Origin: the human T2T-CHM13v2.0 reference genome, Homo sapiens
Length of the DNA: 64,000 nt
Strand: one strand, 5' to 3'
Assembly: GCF_009914755.1 (NCBI RefSeq)
Contig: NC_060926.1
Under the pieces are notes generated by a model that was not told the DNA's origin, did no database searches, and was given only the letters and a program-made list of their open reading frames with translations. A program made the translations under genes and the position numbers. Shown piece by piece: positions 1 through 11,812 of this stretch; position 1 is the stretch's first letter, and each line of letters opens with the position of its first letter.

Positions 1-358
1 CCAACTTTGAAAGTCCTTTCCAGTTCCACCATGTGGAGATTATGAGCTTTACTCTGCAGCATATACCAAAGAATGTCTACCATACATTTCAGATGAGACC
101 TTTGAGATTGCCTACCTTAATCTTATTATGTAAAAGATATAAAAACTGAGGTGAAAAGTGGTGAAATTATCCTTTTTATATCACAAAGAACAAATTGTCT
201 TGTCTCAAGTAGAATAGATTATTAGCCAAGTTCTATCTATTTGTTTTGTTTTAAGTACTTATCCCCACTTCCATCATTTGTTCCTTGTTCATGTTGTTGT
301 TCTTGTTTGTTTTGAATTGTTTCTGGAAATAACAGTGAGTTAAAAACTCTGCCAGCTT

Positions 359-379
359 TATATATATATATATATATAT
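359..379. repeat. (TA)n microsatellite
   Basis: About 10 TA units seen directly. Confidence 0.9.
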
Positions 380-904
380 GTAATATTATATATAACATGT
401 TAGGTATTATTTATAATATATAGTATAACATATAGTATAAAGGTTTTTTTACACAAAACTTTAAATGCATTTTGTTGTCTAAACAAAAGAAATTATTGTA
501 TTCACATGTGTTAAGATGTGCAGTTTTTTCATTTTATGTGTCTGAAATTAGCATGAGTTTTTCAAACATGGTCACAGCTGTTCATATAGCCATTGCTTCA
601 TCTAGATTATGTGTACTCTTTGTACTGCATGTATTGAGTTTAATTGTCATTCACTATTTTTTCAAAAATATTACATTATTGTTCAATATTAGAACAAAAA
701 GTTATTGTCTGAAGAGAACAAGATATGAAAGAACAGCAAGAATTAAATTTTATATGATTAAACAAAGATTTGTTATTGGGGGCATCATTACAATCCTACA
801 TTTGCCTGTTAATCAACAGCTGACTGATTTATATGGCTTTTTTCTTATCATGTCAGCCAAGGACCAGGAATGTTGGCACCACCAAGGATGGTATTATAAA
901 TGTA

Positions 905-1005
905 GAATCATGAGTTCATACCAGATCTACTGAATCAGAATCTGCATTTTAACAAGATCCGCACATAATTCATTTGCACCTTAAACTTTAAAAAGCAGGA
1001 CTTTA
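905..1005. mobile_element. MER5A-like hAT-Charlie DNA transposon fragment
   Basis: ctactgaatcagaatctgcattttaacaagatcc matches the recalled MER5A core; boundaries approximate. Confidence 0.65.
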
Positions 1006-1536
1006 TAGTACCAAGGAAGATATCCACAAGAGGTTGACACTGTTTTAGATTTCTTGAGTTATATGCTAAATGTTTGTCCCTCATATGGTAAGCAATACTA
1101 TTTAAAGGCAAAGAAAGCTTAAATACATGGAAGAAACTTCAAATCTACAGGAAAATGATGTGACTGATTCATAAGTCGAGCATAACAATATTGATAGAAA
1201 TCTAAGTCCAAATTCATTTAAAAGCTTTTTCTGTAAGCTCTATTTAAGTATTAAATGGACTCTAGTGATAAGAAAGCATTGTGCTATAATTTGACCACAT
1301 TTTTTTCTTTCATAATAGTAGATAAAATCATATCTTCCCACAGATGGAACATTAACTTTGGTAAAATACAGACAATAATACCAGTTCATTGTACCACAAA
1401 TTCATCAGAAATAATGAAAATCATAACTCTTGCTTATATAAATATATGCATTTAAGATAACTAGATAAACTGACATAGAAAAGAACTAATTTGTGTCACT
1501 TTAATAGTACAGAAGGAGTCTTCTTTGCTGAATGAC

Positions 1537-1827
1537 TTTATTCAGCTTTATTGAGGTATATTTGACAACTAAAAGTTATATATACTTAAGGTATACAACT
1601 TGATGTTTTGATACACATAAACATTGTGAAATGATCAAGTTAACACGTCTGCCAGCTCACATCTTTATGATTTTTTTGATGTGGTGAGAACTCTTAAGAT
1701 CAATTTCTTAGTATATTTTAACTACAGTATACAATACAGTATTATTAATTATAGTCACCATGCTGTGCATTAGATCTCCAGAAGTTATTCATCCCCCATA
1801 ACTGAACCATTTTACCCTTTGATGAAT
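1537..1827 (-). mobile_element. L1 3' end fragment (L1MA/L1MB-like)
   Basis: cagctttattgaggtata...tatagtcaccatgctgtgcattagatctccagaa is the typical antisense L1M 3' UTR. Confidence 0.8.
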
Positions 1828-3211
1828 GACTGTTTACACAGGAAGAAGAGGAAGAATTAATTAAAATATTAGCCCTATTTAATTTTTATGCTACATTAAA
1901 TAATGACAGTGGAAGTTTTCTCTAAGTAAACATGATAGCTACATTAACAGTAAACTAATTCATTATAATTTTGACACATAAAATGAATATAAAGGTAACA
2001 TTTGTGAGTGGATTTTTTTAATCACAAAGTAAAGCTTGGTAGAAATACTTTAAGATGCTGTATCGAAATATCTGCTTTTAGTTTGACATTTTAAATCATT
2101 TAATTGTTGGCATTTCGTGTAACATACAAAAAATGTTGATTGAAAAAATCTTTTTTAAAAAATGATGCTGAGTAGACTTTATTCACTGTAGTCCTTGAGT
2201 GAAGCCACTGGTTGTTGGCTTTTGGACTGCTTTTAGCCTGTTTTTCTAGTTGTACTTCTTTGAGGAGGATGATGATCTTTACCTTACTCTTGGCTTTGCA
2301 TGCTCAAAGTGATTAGGTTTTTTTAATGAGGCAGGAGAATGGAAATTTGAGGAAAATGGTAGAGAGAACCCTCTCTCATTTACCAAGATGACTTTCTAAG
2401 TTTATTTAGTGATGAGCTACTTGGAGATACAAGTCAAATGATGAAGTTCATAGAAATCTTTTGAATCTTGCCACCAGAAAGAGATGACAATAAATCCAAC
2501 TACTTTTCCCATGCCTTACATTTTTATTTTCTTATATGCACAGTATCTTTTGTATTATAGATGCTTAATAAATCTTTTTCAAATAAATGTATGCTGGAAA
2601 ATGTTGTAATTGAGGTAAATGGACATTTTTAGCTGGCTATATTGCAGAAGACTTTATTGGGTAGGTGATCTTTTAGACGGTTTTAAAAAATAATGAAGAT
2701 CTTAACTGGCACACAATCAAGTATCTGTTATATGCCTTCATCTTCCACATTTTATTGTATTTTTTTCACTCCCTTGTGAAGGAAACTAATTTCAACAATG
2801 CTGTATGTGTCATGCATTAACCCATTCATAATTAGCAAGAGGTATCTGATTCAGTTTATATTATGGTACTAATTATCTAGCTCTTCAGAATATTTTACAT
2901 AAAAAAATAACCTCAGGTGAATAAACTTCTGTTTCTGCTCCAGAAACCTTTTGACATTTTTTAATAATCTGTAATCACGTTGACTTAAAATGACATGACA
3001 GAAATGCCTGAATGTTGACGAGTTGATGGGAGCAACAAACATCTGCCTGTTAAATTTGGGATCACCACCTACAGCACTACACATATCATTGATCCAAGTG
3101 TACCTTGATTGATTGCTTGAAAAGAAAAATCTGGACTTACTTGGATTTATAAGCAAAGTCAAAAACATTTTTCAAAATGTTAAGTTCTAAAAGTAGTAAT
3201 AATGATGGTGT

Positions 3212-4272
3212 AGCCCCTTACTAATCAGTGTGCTCTGGGGACCAGCAGCCTCTAAATCATCTGGGAGCTTTTCGGAAATGCAGAAACTTCACCCTAGACC
3301 TAGTGAATTAGAATCTGCATTTGAATAAATCTCCAGGTGATGCTGAAATGGGAAAAGTTGCCTTCTCCCTCTCACACGGCGTGTGATGGGGCTGTGGCTT
3401 GCTTCTTCAGTGCCCCTCTGCTCAAATCTCTAGGGCAGTATATGGACGGACGGGCAGGTTGTGGGGCTCCGACCCCACAGCAGTGTTTAGGGCCCTAGTG
3501 GGAGCGTGCTACCGTGTGCTCTTTTAATTTTGCCATCTATAGGCAGCTTGTGTTAACCAGCTCAATTAGACCCTCTACCTTGTCACTACCTTGTCACAAG
3601 GACAGAGGACTTTCTGTATCCGGGGTTCTTGGCTTGGTGTACCGGAAGAGTCACATCACACTTGGGCTTGGAGAATGAGTGCAAGGTTTTATTGAGTGGA
3701 GGTAGCTCTCAGCAGATGGGGGAAGCCAGAAAGGAGATGGAGTGGGAAGGTTTTCCCCTGGAGTCCAGCACCTCAGCGGCCTGGGCTGTCTCCTCTGACT
3801 GCCCCAGCCAAATTCCGCCTCCTCCCACTGGTCAATGGCTTGCTGGCTTGCCGGTGCCTGCTGGTGCATCCCTCTCCATGTCTAGCCGTCCGTGCCTTCC
3901 TCCGCTGACTTGCTCCTCTCCACACCCAGCTGTCTGTTTCATCCAGCTGTCTGTGTCTTCTCGGGCAGATCTGCTCTTCTGGACGTCCAGCAGCTTGTGT
4001 GTCTGCCTTCTAGAGTCTGGGGGTGGTGGAGCGGGGGTGGTTATAGGCACAGGATGGCAGGCCAGGGCGGTCTTGGGAAATCCAACATTTGGGCAGGAAA
4101 TGCCTGTCCTCACCCAGGGTCTGTAGGGGTGGAGCCCTAGCCAGGGACCACGCCCTCTTCTACCCAGCACTTCCCTTCCCTTCTTCCCTGTCATTTAAAG
4201 GGACCACGCTCTTACCTTCCCAGCACTTCCATATCAGTGACTGTGCACATTACAGTTTGAGAAATGCTGGTA
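3212..4272. mobile_element. MER5A-like element split by an LTR insertion (pieces ~3212-3343 and 4237-4272)
   Basis: ggaccagcagc...gaatctgcatt...ccaggtga continues after the LTR as tgcacattacagtttgagaa, which rejoins the recalled MER5A consensus. Confidence 0.7.
3344..4236 (-). mobile_element. Solo ERV1 LTR, LTR1-family-like
   Basis: TG...CA termini (tgaaatggg...ccatatca), ~890 bp GC-rich block. The minus strand starts tgatatggaagtgctgggaagg and has a TATAA-like box near 4041-4045. TSD not clean; subfamily uncertain. Confidence 0.75.
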
Positions 4273-4871
4273 GTCCATTCCCTTTCCTGATCTCCAAAAC
4301 ATAGGGAAATTTTAGAGGCCAGGATGCATTTAGTAGATTCTGAATCTAAAGGAAACCTAAATCATTCCTTGGAAGTAGACATTGTTTATAGCATCCTCAA
4401 ATGGAATTAAAAGCATATATGACTAGATTTAGAACAGAAAAATCTGTTTTACATATTTCAAAACCCTTTGGACCCTTGTCTGTTTATGTTCCTATGACTT
4501 CTTGAGTTATACATTTTTATTAACAAATGATAAAATTATATTCACTAAATGAACTCATTTGTACCTGTTTTACCAGTTTCAGAATGTTATTTTATATTTC
4601 TTAGGTTTTTCTTAGACTTGTAGAAATCATGCTGCTTTGTTCCCTGCAGGAGTTAAAATAAAAATATTAGTAATTATGCATATTTAATTTTCAGAATGCC
4701 AACTGATTACTCACAGCACTTATAAAAGGGAAATGATTTTAGATATTCATAAAACATTTCCTTAGTAAGGGGCTTTCAAGTCTGAAGTTGTGTTATTATG
4801 GATATTTCTTTTTAAAATAATCAGGATAAAAAATGCATTTATTAAGATCCCTCTTCTTTTCTCTTTTTCAG

Positions 4872-5038
4872 ATGTAAGACAAAAGTCTACCCTGATGAAC
4901 TTCCAAACACAAGTGTAGTCATTGTGTTTCATAATGAAGCTTGGAGCACTCTCCTTAGAACTGTTTACAGTGTGATAAATCGTTCCCCACACTATCTACT
5001 CTCAGAGGTCATCTTGGTAGATGATGCCAGTGAAAGAG
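4872..5038 (+). CDS. GALNT13: Polypeptide N-acetylgalactosaminyltransferase 13, internal coding exon (167 nt, phase 2 to 1)
   Basis: Pyrimidine tract + cag acceptor at 4869-4871, gt donor at 5039. Translates [55 protein letters not shown], the start of the GT27 catalytic domain; residues match T13 rather than T1 as recalled. Confidence 0.96.
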
Positions 5039-5048
5039 GTACAAACTG

Positions 5049-5067
5049 GTTTTTTGTTTTTGTTTTT

Positions 5068-5098
<31 letters not shown>

Positions 5099-5100
5099 GT
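5049..5100. repeat. (TTTTG)n-type T-rich simple repeat just downstream of the donor site
   Basis: Seen directly. Confidence 0.9.
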
Positions 5101-5539
5101 ATTAGAAAGCTTTATTATGGCCAAAAAGATAACTAGGCAATGATCTATATTTGCATTATAATTTTACTAGCCCTGCCACAGCCTATCAGATTCTCATCAA
5201 GAACCTCATTAATGCCAACTCTAGAAGCAAATAACTAATTCTTTCACTTTCTCTCATGATTCTATATGGTTCTTACCTAAAATTTCAGCCAAAATGACTT
5301 TCAAAAATATATCTTTTTTCCAACTCAATTGATTATATTATTGAGCATTCTCATATGATTTTATGGATACTTGACATTAATTAACTAATGAAATCTCTAT
5401 TATTTTATATCTAAGGCAATAAATACTGATAGGAATTGGCCACCATTTCTGTGTGTTGAATTTCCATCTTGGTAGTATCTCTGCTATTTCTTAAAACAGT
5501 TTCAAAAATTTTTCTTATAAATTCTTATACATGTTACAG

Positions 5540-5747
5540 ATTTTCTCAAGTTGACATTAGAGAATTACGTGAAAAATTTAGAAGTGCCAGTAAAAATTAT
5601 TAGGATGGAAGAACGCTCTGGGTTAATACGTGCCCGTCTTCGAGGAGCAGCTGCTTCAAAAGGGCAGGTCATAACTTTTCTTGATGCACACTGTGAATGC
5701 ACGTTAGGATGGCTGGAGCCTTTGCTGGCAAGAATAAAGGAAGACAG
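5540..5747 (+). CDS. GALNT13: GALNT13 internal coding exon (208 nt, phase 1 to 2) with the DxH metal-binding motif
   Basis: cag acceptor at 5537-5539, AG/gtaaga donor. Translates [70 protein letters not shown], in frame with the previous exon. Confidence 0.97.
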
Positions 5748-6054
5748 GTAAGAATTTATGTGTTCTGTCTGCCTGGGTTATGACTGAACCTCTTAGGACA
5801 GTTCCAGATGTCCATCAGAATTTCTCTTCCAAGTTGCTATTTTTAGAAGGTTTATTTTATAGCTTTTCTTAAAAGCACGTTTTCCCACTTGCTTGATAAA
5901 TAAGACTGCTGTATTCATGCTGGACATAGATAGTTGATTAAGAAATAGTGAAATAATTCAAATAATAAAAACGTGTTAAATTACTTTTTAGGTGAAGGAA
6001 ATAAATATAATCTAAAATAGTATAATTGTGTTATAAAGCACATTTTCAAAGCAC

Positions 6055-6215
6055 CTTTTTGTGTTCTGACAACCACCCTGTGAGGTAGGTACTGTAGATA
6101 TTCTTATCTATAACTTATAATGAGGAGGAACAAAGAAGCCACATCTAACTTGCTCCTGTCATTGGAAGTGCTGGGAACAACAATTCAGCTCTTTCCAGTT
6201 CTCTGCCAGTGTTCT
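6055..6215. mobile_element. MIR fragment
   Basis: acaaccaccctgtgaggtaggtact...tgaggagga resembles the MIR core. Confidence 0.5.
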
Positions 6216-7681
6216 GTAAACTACACGAGCACCCTTAGTCAGTCTAGTTCAAATCCACCTGGAATGTCTTAAAAATGCACACACACACATGCACACACAC
6301 AGCACTGAAAAAATTATAATTAAAAAAAGAAACATAAGAGCACAGCTATAAGAATATGTTTAATTATTTCAACAATGTCACCTTATACATACACATTTTG
6401 AAATCTGGAAAATTGAATAAATAACACTTATAGAAATTAAGAATCCTTATACATACCTGCAATTCCTTCTGTTGTTGATGAAGTACAAGCATTTTTTAGC
6501 AAATATTTATAAACACTGGTGATAAGAGAGTATAATTTCTAAATACCTAGATAACTAACATTGAATGCCAACTGATACAATAACAAAACATTACATAACA
6601 CCATACTTGCATAGTCATTTCGTCTATAGTAGAAAATTCCTTCTAGAATTGACATTTTTAATTAGACACTCAAGATAGGAGCTACTTAGTCTGAGCTAGT
6701 CCAGCCACATCACTTAAACAGCAGGATTTGGTACTTGCCAGGAAGATGGATGGAAGCTGTCAGTAAAATGAAGCACAGCAGTTGAAGAAAGCAGTAGGAA
6801 CCTTTTAGTCCATAGAGTGTTGTACATGGCTAATAACATTTTTCCACTCTGTGTATTGTACAGTACCCACAGGACAATCAGACTGGCAAAGTAAAATGAA
6901 CTTAAAAATGAATTTCCTGGCAAATTTTGGTATATTATGTTGTTTTTTTTTTCCACATGTGTTTCATATTCAACTGAATGAGCTTTTAATGTTTCAATAC
7001 GGTCATACATAGGCTATTTATTTTTTTGATCTAACAACATAATTGCACTGTATTTGCATATGATGAACCCTATTGTCTTGACCTGATTATAAAGTTTAAA
7101 ACTACCCTAAATAGACAGTCTGTTCAAGATTTTTAGACCTAATTTCTTCTCCTCACAAGTTAAATCATTAAATCTAATAAAGGAAGTGAGAAAAATGTTG
7201 ATTTTTCTGGGGTCCAGAGTCACCAAGAAGGTTTTCCAAGGCTAGAGGAGTCTTGTTGATCGCAGATAAGTTGAGGCTCTGGTCAGTTGTGTGGAATATA
7301 AGACTTCAATTGAAAATGAGTATTGGTGAAACTGGTGTTACAAAACAAGTATGAATAATGGACATTTATGTGCTTTTCATATCTAGGGATGATTCAGAAG
7401 CTTATTTGTGTATTTACCTTCTACCAAATATGAAAAACCAACTCTGGTCTTCAGAATTAGCTACAACCAATACAATTTGAGTAGGCCTGAACATTTACTT
7501 GTGGAAATCACAGAAGGTTGGTCCCATAATAAAATAAATGAACAGGCATTAGATCAAGAATTAGAGAAGGCACAACATGGATTAAAAGTGTACCTAATGA
7601 TTTTCCCAAATGAAATTTTCTACCATAGAAAGCTACCATTAAGAACACCAACCTTTCTCTTACTTTAAGAAAAATGGGATA

Positions 7682-7949
7682 GGCCAGGTGCGGTGGCTCA
7701 CACCTATAATCCCAGCATTTGGGAGGCCAAGGCAGGTGGATCACCTGAGGTCAGGAGTTCGAGACCAACCTAGCCAACATGGTGAAACTCTGTCTCTGCT
7801 AAAAATACAAAAATTAGCCAGGTATGATGGCAGGCACGTTGGGAGGCTGAGGCAGGAGAATTGCTTGAACCTGGGAGGCAGAGTTTGCACTGATCTGAGA
7901 TCTCCCCACTGCACTCCAGCCTGGGTGACAGGGCAAGGCTCTGTCAAAA

Positions 7950-7992
<43 letters not shown>

Positions 7993-7993
7993 A
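7682..7993 (+). mobile_element. AluS (Sx/Sz-like) with (AAAT)n tail and a short right-arm deletion
   Basis: Dimeric Alu from ggccaggtgcggtggctc; ctgtaatcccagctac is missing near 7838; (AAAT)~11 tail at 7947-7993. Confidence 0.95.
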
Positions 7994-8657
7994 ACACCAG
8001 AGATTAAAGTTGCTTATCTTTCCCTATCTTAAGCTATCATCTAGATTATACATGTAAACTCTTAATTTGAGGACATTTTACTCAGAAATGGTCATGACCC
8101 TATCATCTTTCATCGGAAACATTTACTTATACTGACGGATTATGATTTTTGTTGTTGCTGTTTGTTGATTTCTGTTTGTTTTTCCTAGTAGGTGTTTTCT
8201 CCATGAAGATGTTCTCAGAACTCTCTAAACTAACGTACCCTACTTGAAATGCAAACTACCAGATCTAATTTGCCATCATCCCTTCTTACCTCCCTGAATG
8301 CTATTTCTTTTCAATGGATTATAGCTAAAATGATGCATAATCTCAAAGCAGCTCTACTAATCATGCTGTGGGTGGAGGTTTTATAAAAAATAGACCCTGC
8401 TCATCTTGCTAAGTTAGTACTTAGAATGCATTTGGAAATAAACTTGTTTAGATTTCAAAAGATAGCATAAAGTAAACTGTAAGGAATATGTAGTCAAAGG
8501 AAATAATTCCATGGACTAATAGGATAAAATGAAGCTAAAGGCATATTAAAGTAACAAAATAATTAAATTTCCTCATATCAGCTATAATCAGTTTGAAGAA
8601 GATAATGTAACATTTTAATTATCATGTGTCTATAAATTGGTTTTAATTTCTCTGCAG

Positions 8658-8828
8658 GAAAACGGTTGTCTGCCCTATCATTGATGTGATTAGTGATGAT
8701 ACTTTTGAATATATGGCTGGGTCAGACATGACTTATGGGGGTTTTAACTGGAAACTGAATTTCCGCTGGTATCCTGTTCCCCAAAGAGAAATGGACAGGA
8801 GGAAAGGAGACAGAACATTACCTGTCAG
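8658..8828 (+). CDS. GALNT13: GALNT13 internal coding exon (171 nt, symmetric phase 2 to 2)
   Basis: tttctctgcag acceptor, AG/gtatgt donor. Translates [57 protein letters not shown]. Not present in the ORF track. Confidence 0.97.
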
Positions 8829-9615
8829 GTATGTAGATCATATCTCTTGAAGATTATGTATATCCCCCTAAAAATTAAGGAATATTATAGATTTCTGTTC
8901 TAATGTTTAATTATTTAATTGTATCCTTATTATTCAATATACATATACATTATGACCTTTACATAATCATATAAGGATCAATGACAATATTAAATCTAAT
9001 TTAAATTAGTATAGGCAAACTTAAGTATTGGCAAAAATGCTAAATATCTTTTGAAAGTTTATGTATTCTTGTATTCAAAATATATTTACTGTGAATTTTC
9101 TATGTGACAGAAATGTGCTAGCCTTGACACTTCAAGTAAATGTGTGTCTTACCTTAAAGTATAGATTTATAATAGAAATGTTCTCAAAACTGAAATAGCC
9201 AAAAATGTTTTGGTAAGTATTCTAAATATACCACCTTTAAAAGGTTATCTTCCTTATAGATTCTATAGGTCCATTTGGAAAATATTAATGTATTCAAAAT
9301 TATGAAGGGCTTATTATCCCAAATTACTTCAAATACTACTTAAGTTGAAATCCTGATTAGTAAAATATGCACTTACTTGTAATAAAAAATATCATATACA
9401 TCTCGAATTGTCTGTATAAGCATTACCCACTTTATTAACACAAAAGTATCATCTTCCTACTTAAACACATTGTGGACCTCTTACCTGAAACTAAAAATCG
9501 ATTTCCTGAAAAATACTTTCGGAAGTATTCACTAGTTTAGTTCTTTAAAGATGAATTTGGCAAATCATCCTTCCTTTGGAACATGAGAGAAATACCCTAA
9601 CATTCTAGAAACATA

Positions 9616-9799
9616 CACTTTAAGTCCTCACTTAGCATTGTCAACAGGTTCTTGGAAACTGCAACTTTAAACAAAATAACAAAAACACTGTCATCAATCT
9701 TATAATGGAAGGACATTGAACTAAAGGATGTTACTCGAGGACCTTTTGTTTGTCATTTCACTTAAAGTTGCAACAACATTAAGTGAAGACTTACTGTAT
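9616..9799. mobile_element. TcMar-Tigger MITE, MER82-like, internally deleted
   Basis: Terminal inverted repeats taagtcctcacttagcattgt / acaacattaagtgaagactta and internal aggttcttggaaactgcaactttaa. Confidence 0.7.
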
Positions 9800-11364
9800 G
9801 TAAAATCCATGATCTGAACAAGAATGTCTGGTAACCTACTGAAGGGATGACTTATCTATTGTCACCTACTTAATTATATAAAGAATTAATTAAAATTAAA
9901 CTCTAAAAATAGGCTAATGGAAGAGAATGGCTAAAGGTATTTGTTACTGAACAATTAAATATTAGGGATGTTAACTTCTAAAGAAGATCTGTTACATCAA
10001 AGAGAAAAATAAAATGTGACTTCTAACATTTGTATAAAGTCATGTAAGTTATCCTGTCAGTATTTAAAATGTAACTTAGTAGTCTTAAGTCTTGTATAAT
10101 CTTCAAATTCACCAAGTCTTATTGATACTTACCTTTAACAAACTGGGAAAATATAGTGGCTCATGTTACCATCATTTATTAGATATTCTATTTTCCCAAA
10201 TTGTTTTCATTTAGTGTTAGCTGATTTTTAAACTTTAGATTCCGAGTGAAAACTATCAGAATGCTTGACCAATACACTTACATATAGATAATGTTTTTAT
10301 TCATTTGAAAATGCTGTTTATAAGAAGGCATGTTTATACTCATTTAAAAAAACACATTGGCAAAAAACATGCTTTATTTATGTTCTCACAGAGTCAAACG
10401 GAAGATAACTAAGAGGTAGCCAGCATTCACAGTAAGAAATTACTGATCTCATTCATAAAATAAAGATCTATGTAGAAATCAATCATTATTACTCATCTTT
10501 CATTAACTAAACCAAAAGATGAATCATCTAACTTCCTATATTTTAACCATAATTTATGTGGTTGTATTGCAGTAATATGAGATCTGATAAAATCTCAGTA
10601 TATTTTGTTTCCTGCAGTAACGGCACATCATTTTATTTTCTAACATGCTGAGGAAGCTGAAGTGAGAGAAACAGAGAAACCTCAGTCTTTGCTGAAGTTT
10701 CTAGATTTTTGTGGCAAAAGGTTAATTAATTCATGGGTTCGGTTGTAACAGCCTGCAGGTAATTTTCATCAGCATAGCTGTAATGTGAACGTTCCTTCTA
10801 CTTGTAATCTATTGCTTGAAGATGTGATCATTTTTCTCACATTCATACAAATAGATAAATCATTCTAGATGTTGAAGACAATTTTTTTCCTACTTGATTA
10901 ACAGAATTCTGAATAGCTAAAGTGATGAAAATGAAGCTGAAATTTTAGTTTTCTTAGTGGAATGCTTCATTTAAAATGTCAGTTATGATAGAACTTTGTA
11001 GTCACCATAATTGGCTAGTCATCATTTAGAAATACAATCATGCATCTGCTTACATTGAAAGCCAAGTTGAACTTGTGACCTAAATCAGTTATACTACATC
11101 TAAAGTAAAGCTTAACATGGTCATTCTTATTTTTCTGGGCTTTGGTATTTTCATTTTCATAATAAATGGAGTTTGTGAAATACTTGTTAATTTTCATATT
11201 ATAACTATGGAATAATATACATAATTACGAATATATATTTTCCTTTAATCAGTAATATATAGTTTCCTTTAATCAGTAAACTTTCCTTGACATTTAATAA
11301 TCAAATTATATGACTTTTCAAGAATATTTCAATTATATGTGCAACAAATAGTACTTTTTAAACT

Positions 11365-11812
11365 GGAGGTCATAAACTAGGAGGTTTTGTGCCAAATATT
11401 CTCTGTAGAAGTGTTTTATTTGGCATACATAGTGTTTTACATTTTCAAAAATTACCAACACTTTAAAAATGAGATATTTTAAATAAAAATCTGGATTTCC
11501 ATCTACTAATAAGTCAGAAGATCTTGCTACAATGGACCAGGATTCTTACCTGGCACCATCAGGTGGAATTTAATAGAAACTGCCCATGTAGAAATGGCAT
11601 GAAAACTTTTCCCAATCTCCACAACTCCTTCTAAATTATGTTCCTGACACTGAGGCTGAGGGTCATTTGACATTTGTCAATATTCTTGAAATTGAAGAAA
11701 TATTTCTCTGCACCTGTGTCTTGAGGAAAGGGGGAAAATATATTTATTGTAACAAATCCACTTTATATAATTATCTTTATCTGGCTATAATCTTTTAAAG
11801 TTTTGACCCTGG
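11365..11812. mobile_element. Old hAT-Charlie-like DNA transposon relic
   Basis: aaataaaaatctggatttcc...agaagatcttgctacaatgg resembles the recalled Charlie4z/MER103-type sequence; heavily diverged. Confidence 0.4.

Noticed and set aside
472-933. 153-aa ORF
   Set aside because: Non-ATG start, AT-rich composition, no recognisable domain, and it runs into a MER5A fragment; probably a chance intronic ORF.
3629-4304. Cluster of overlapping ORFs up to 165 aa
   Set aside because: All lie in a GC-rich solo LTR where stop codons are scarce; no protein similarity.
4924-5751. ORF-track proteins 4924-5136 and 5551-5751 as stand-alone genes
   Set aside because: They are partial read-outs of spliced GALNT13 exons; the hydrophobic FFVFVFVF tail is an intronic simple repeat.
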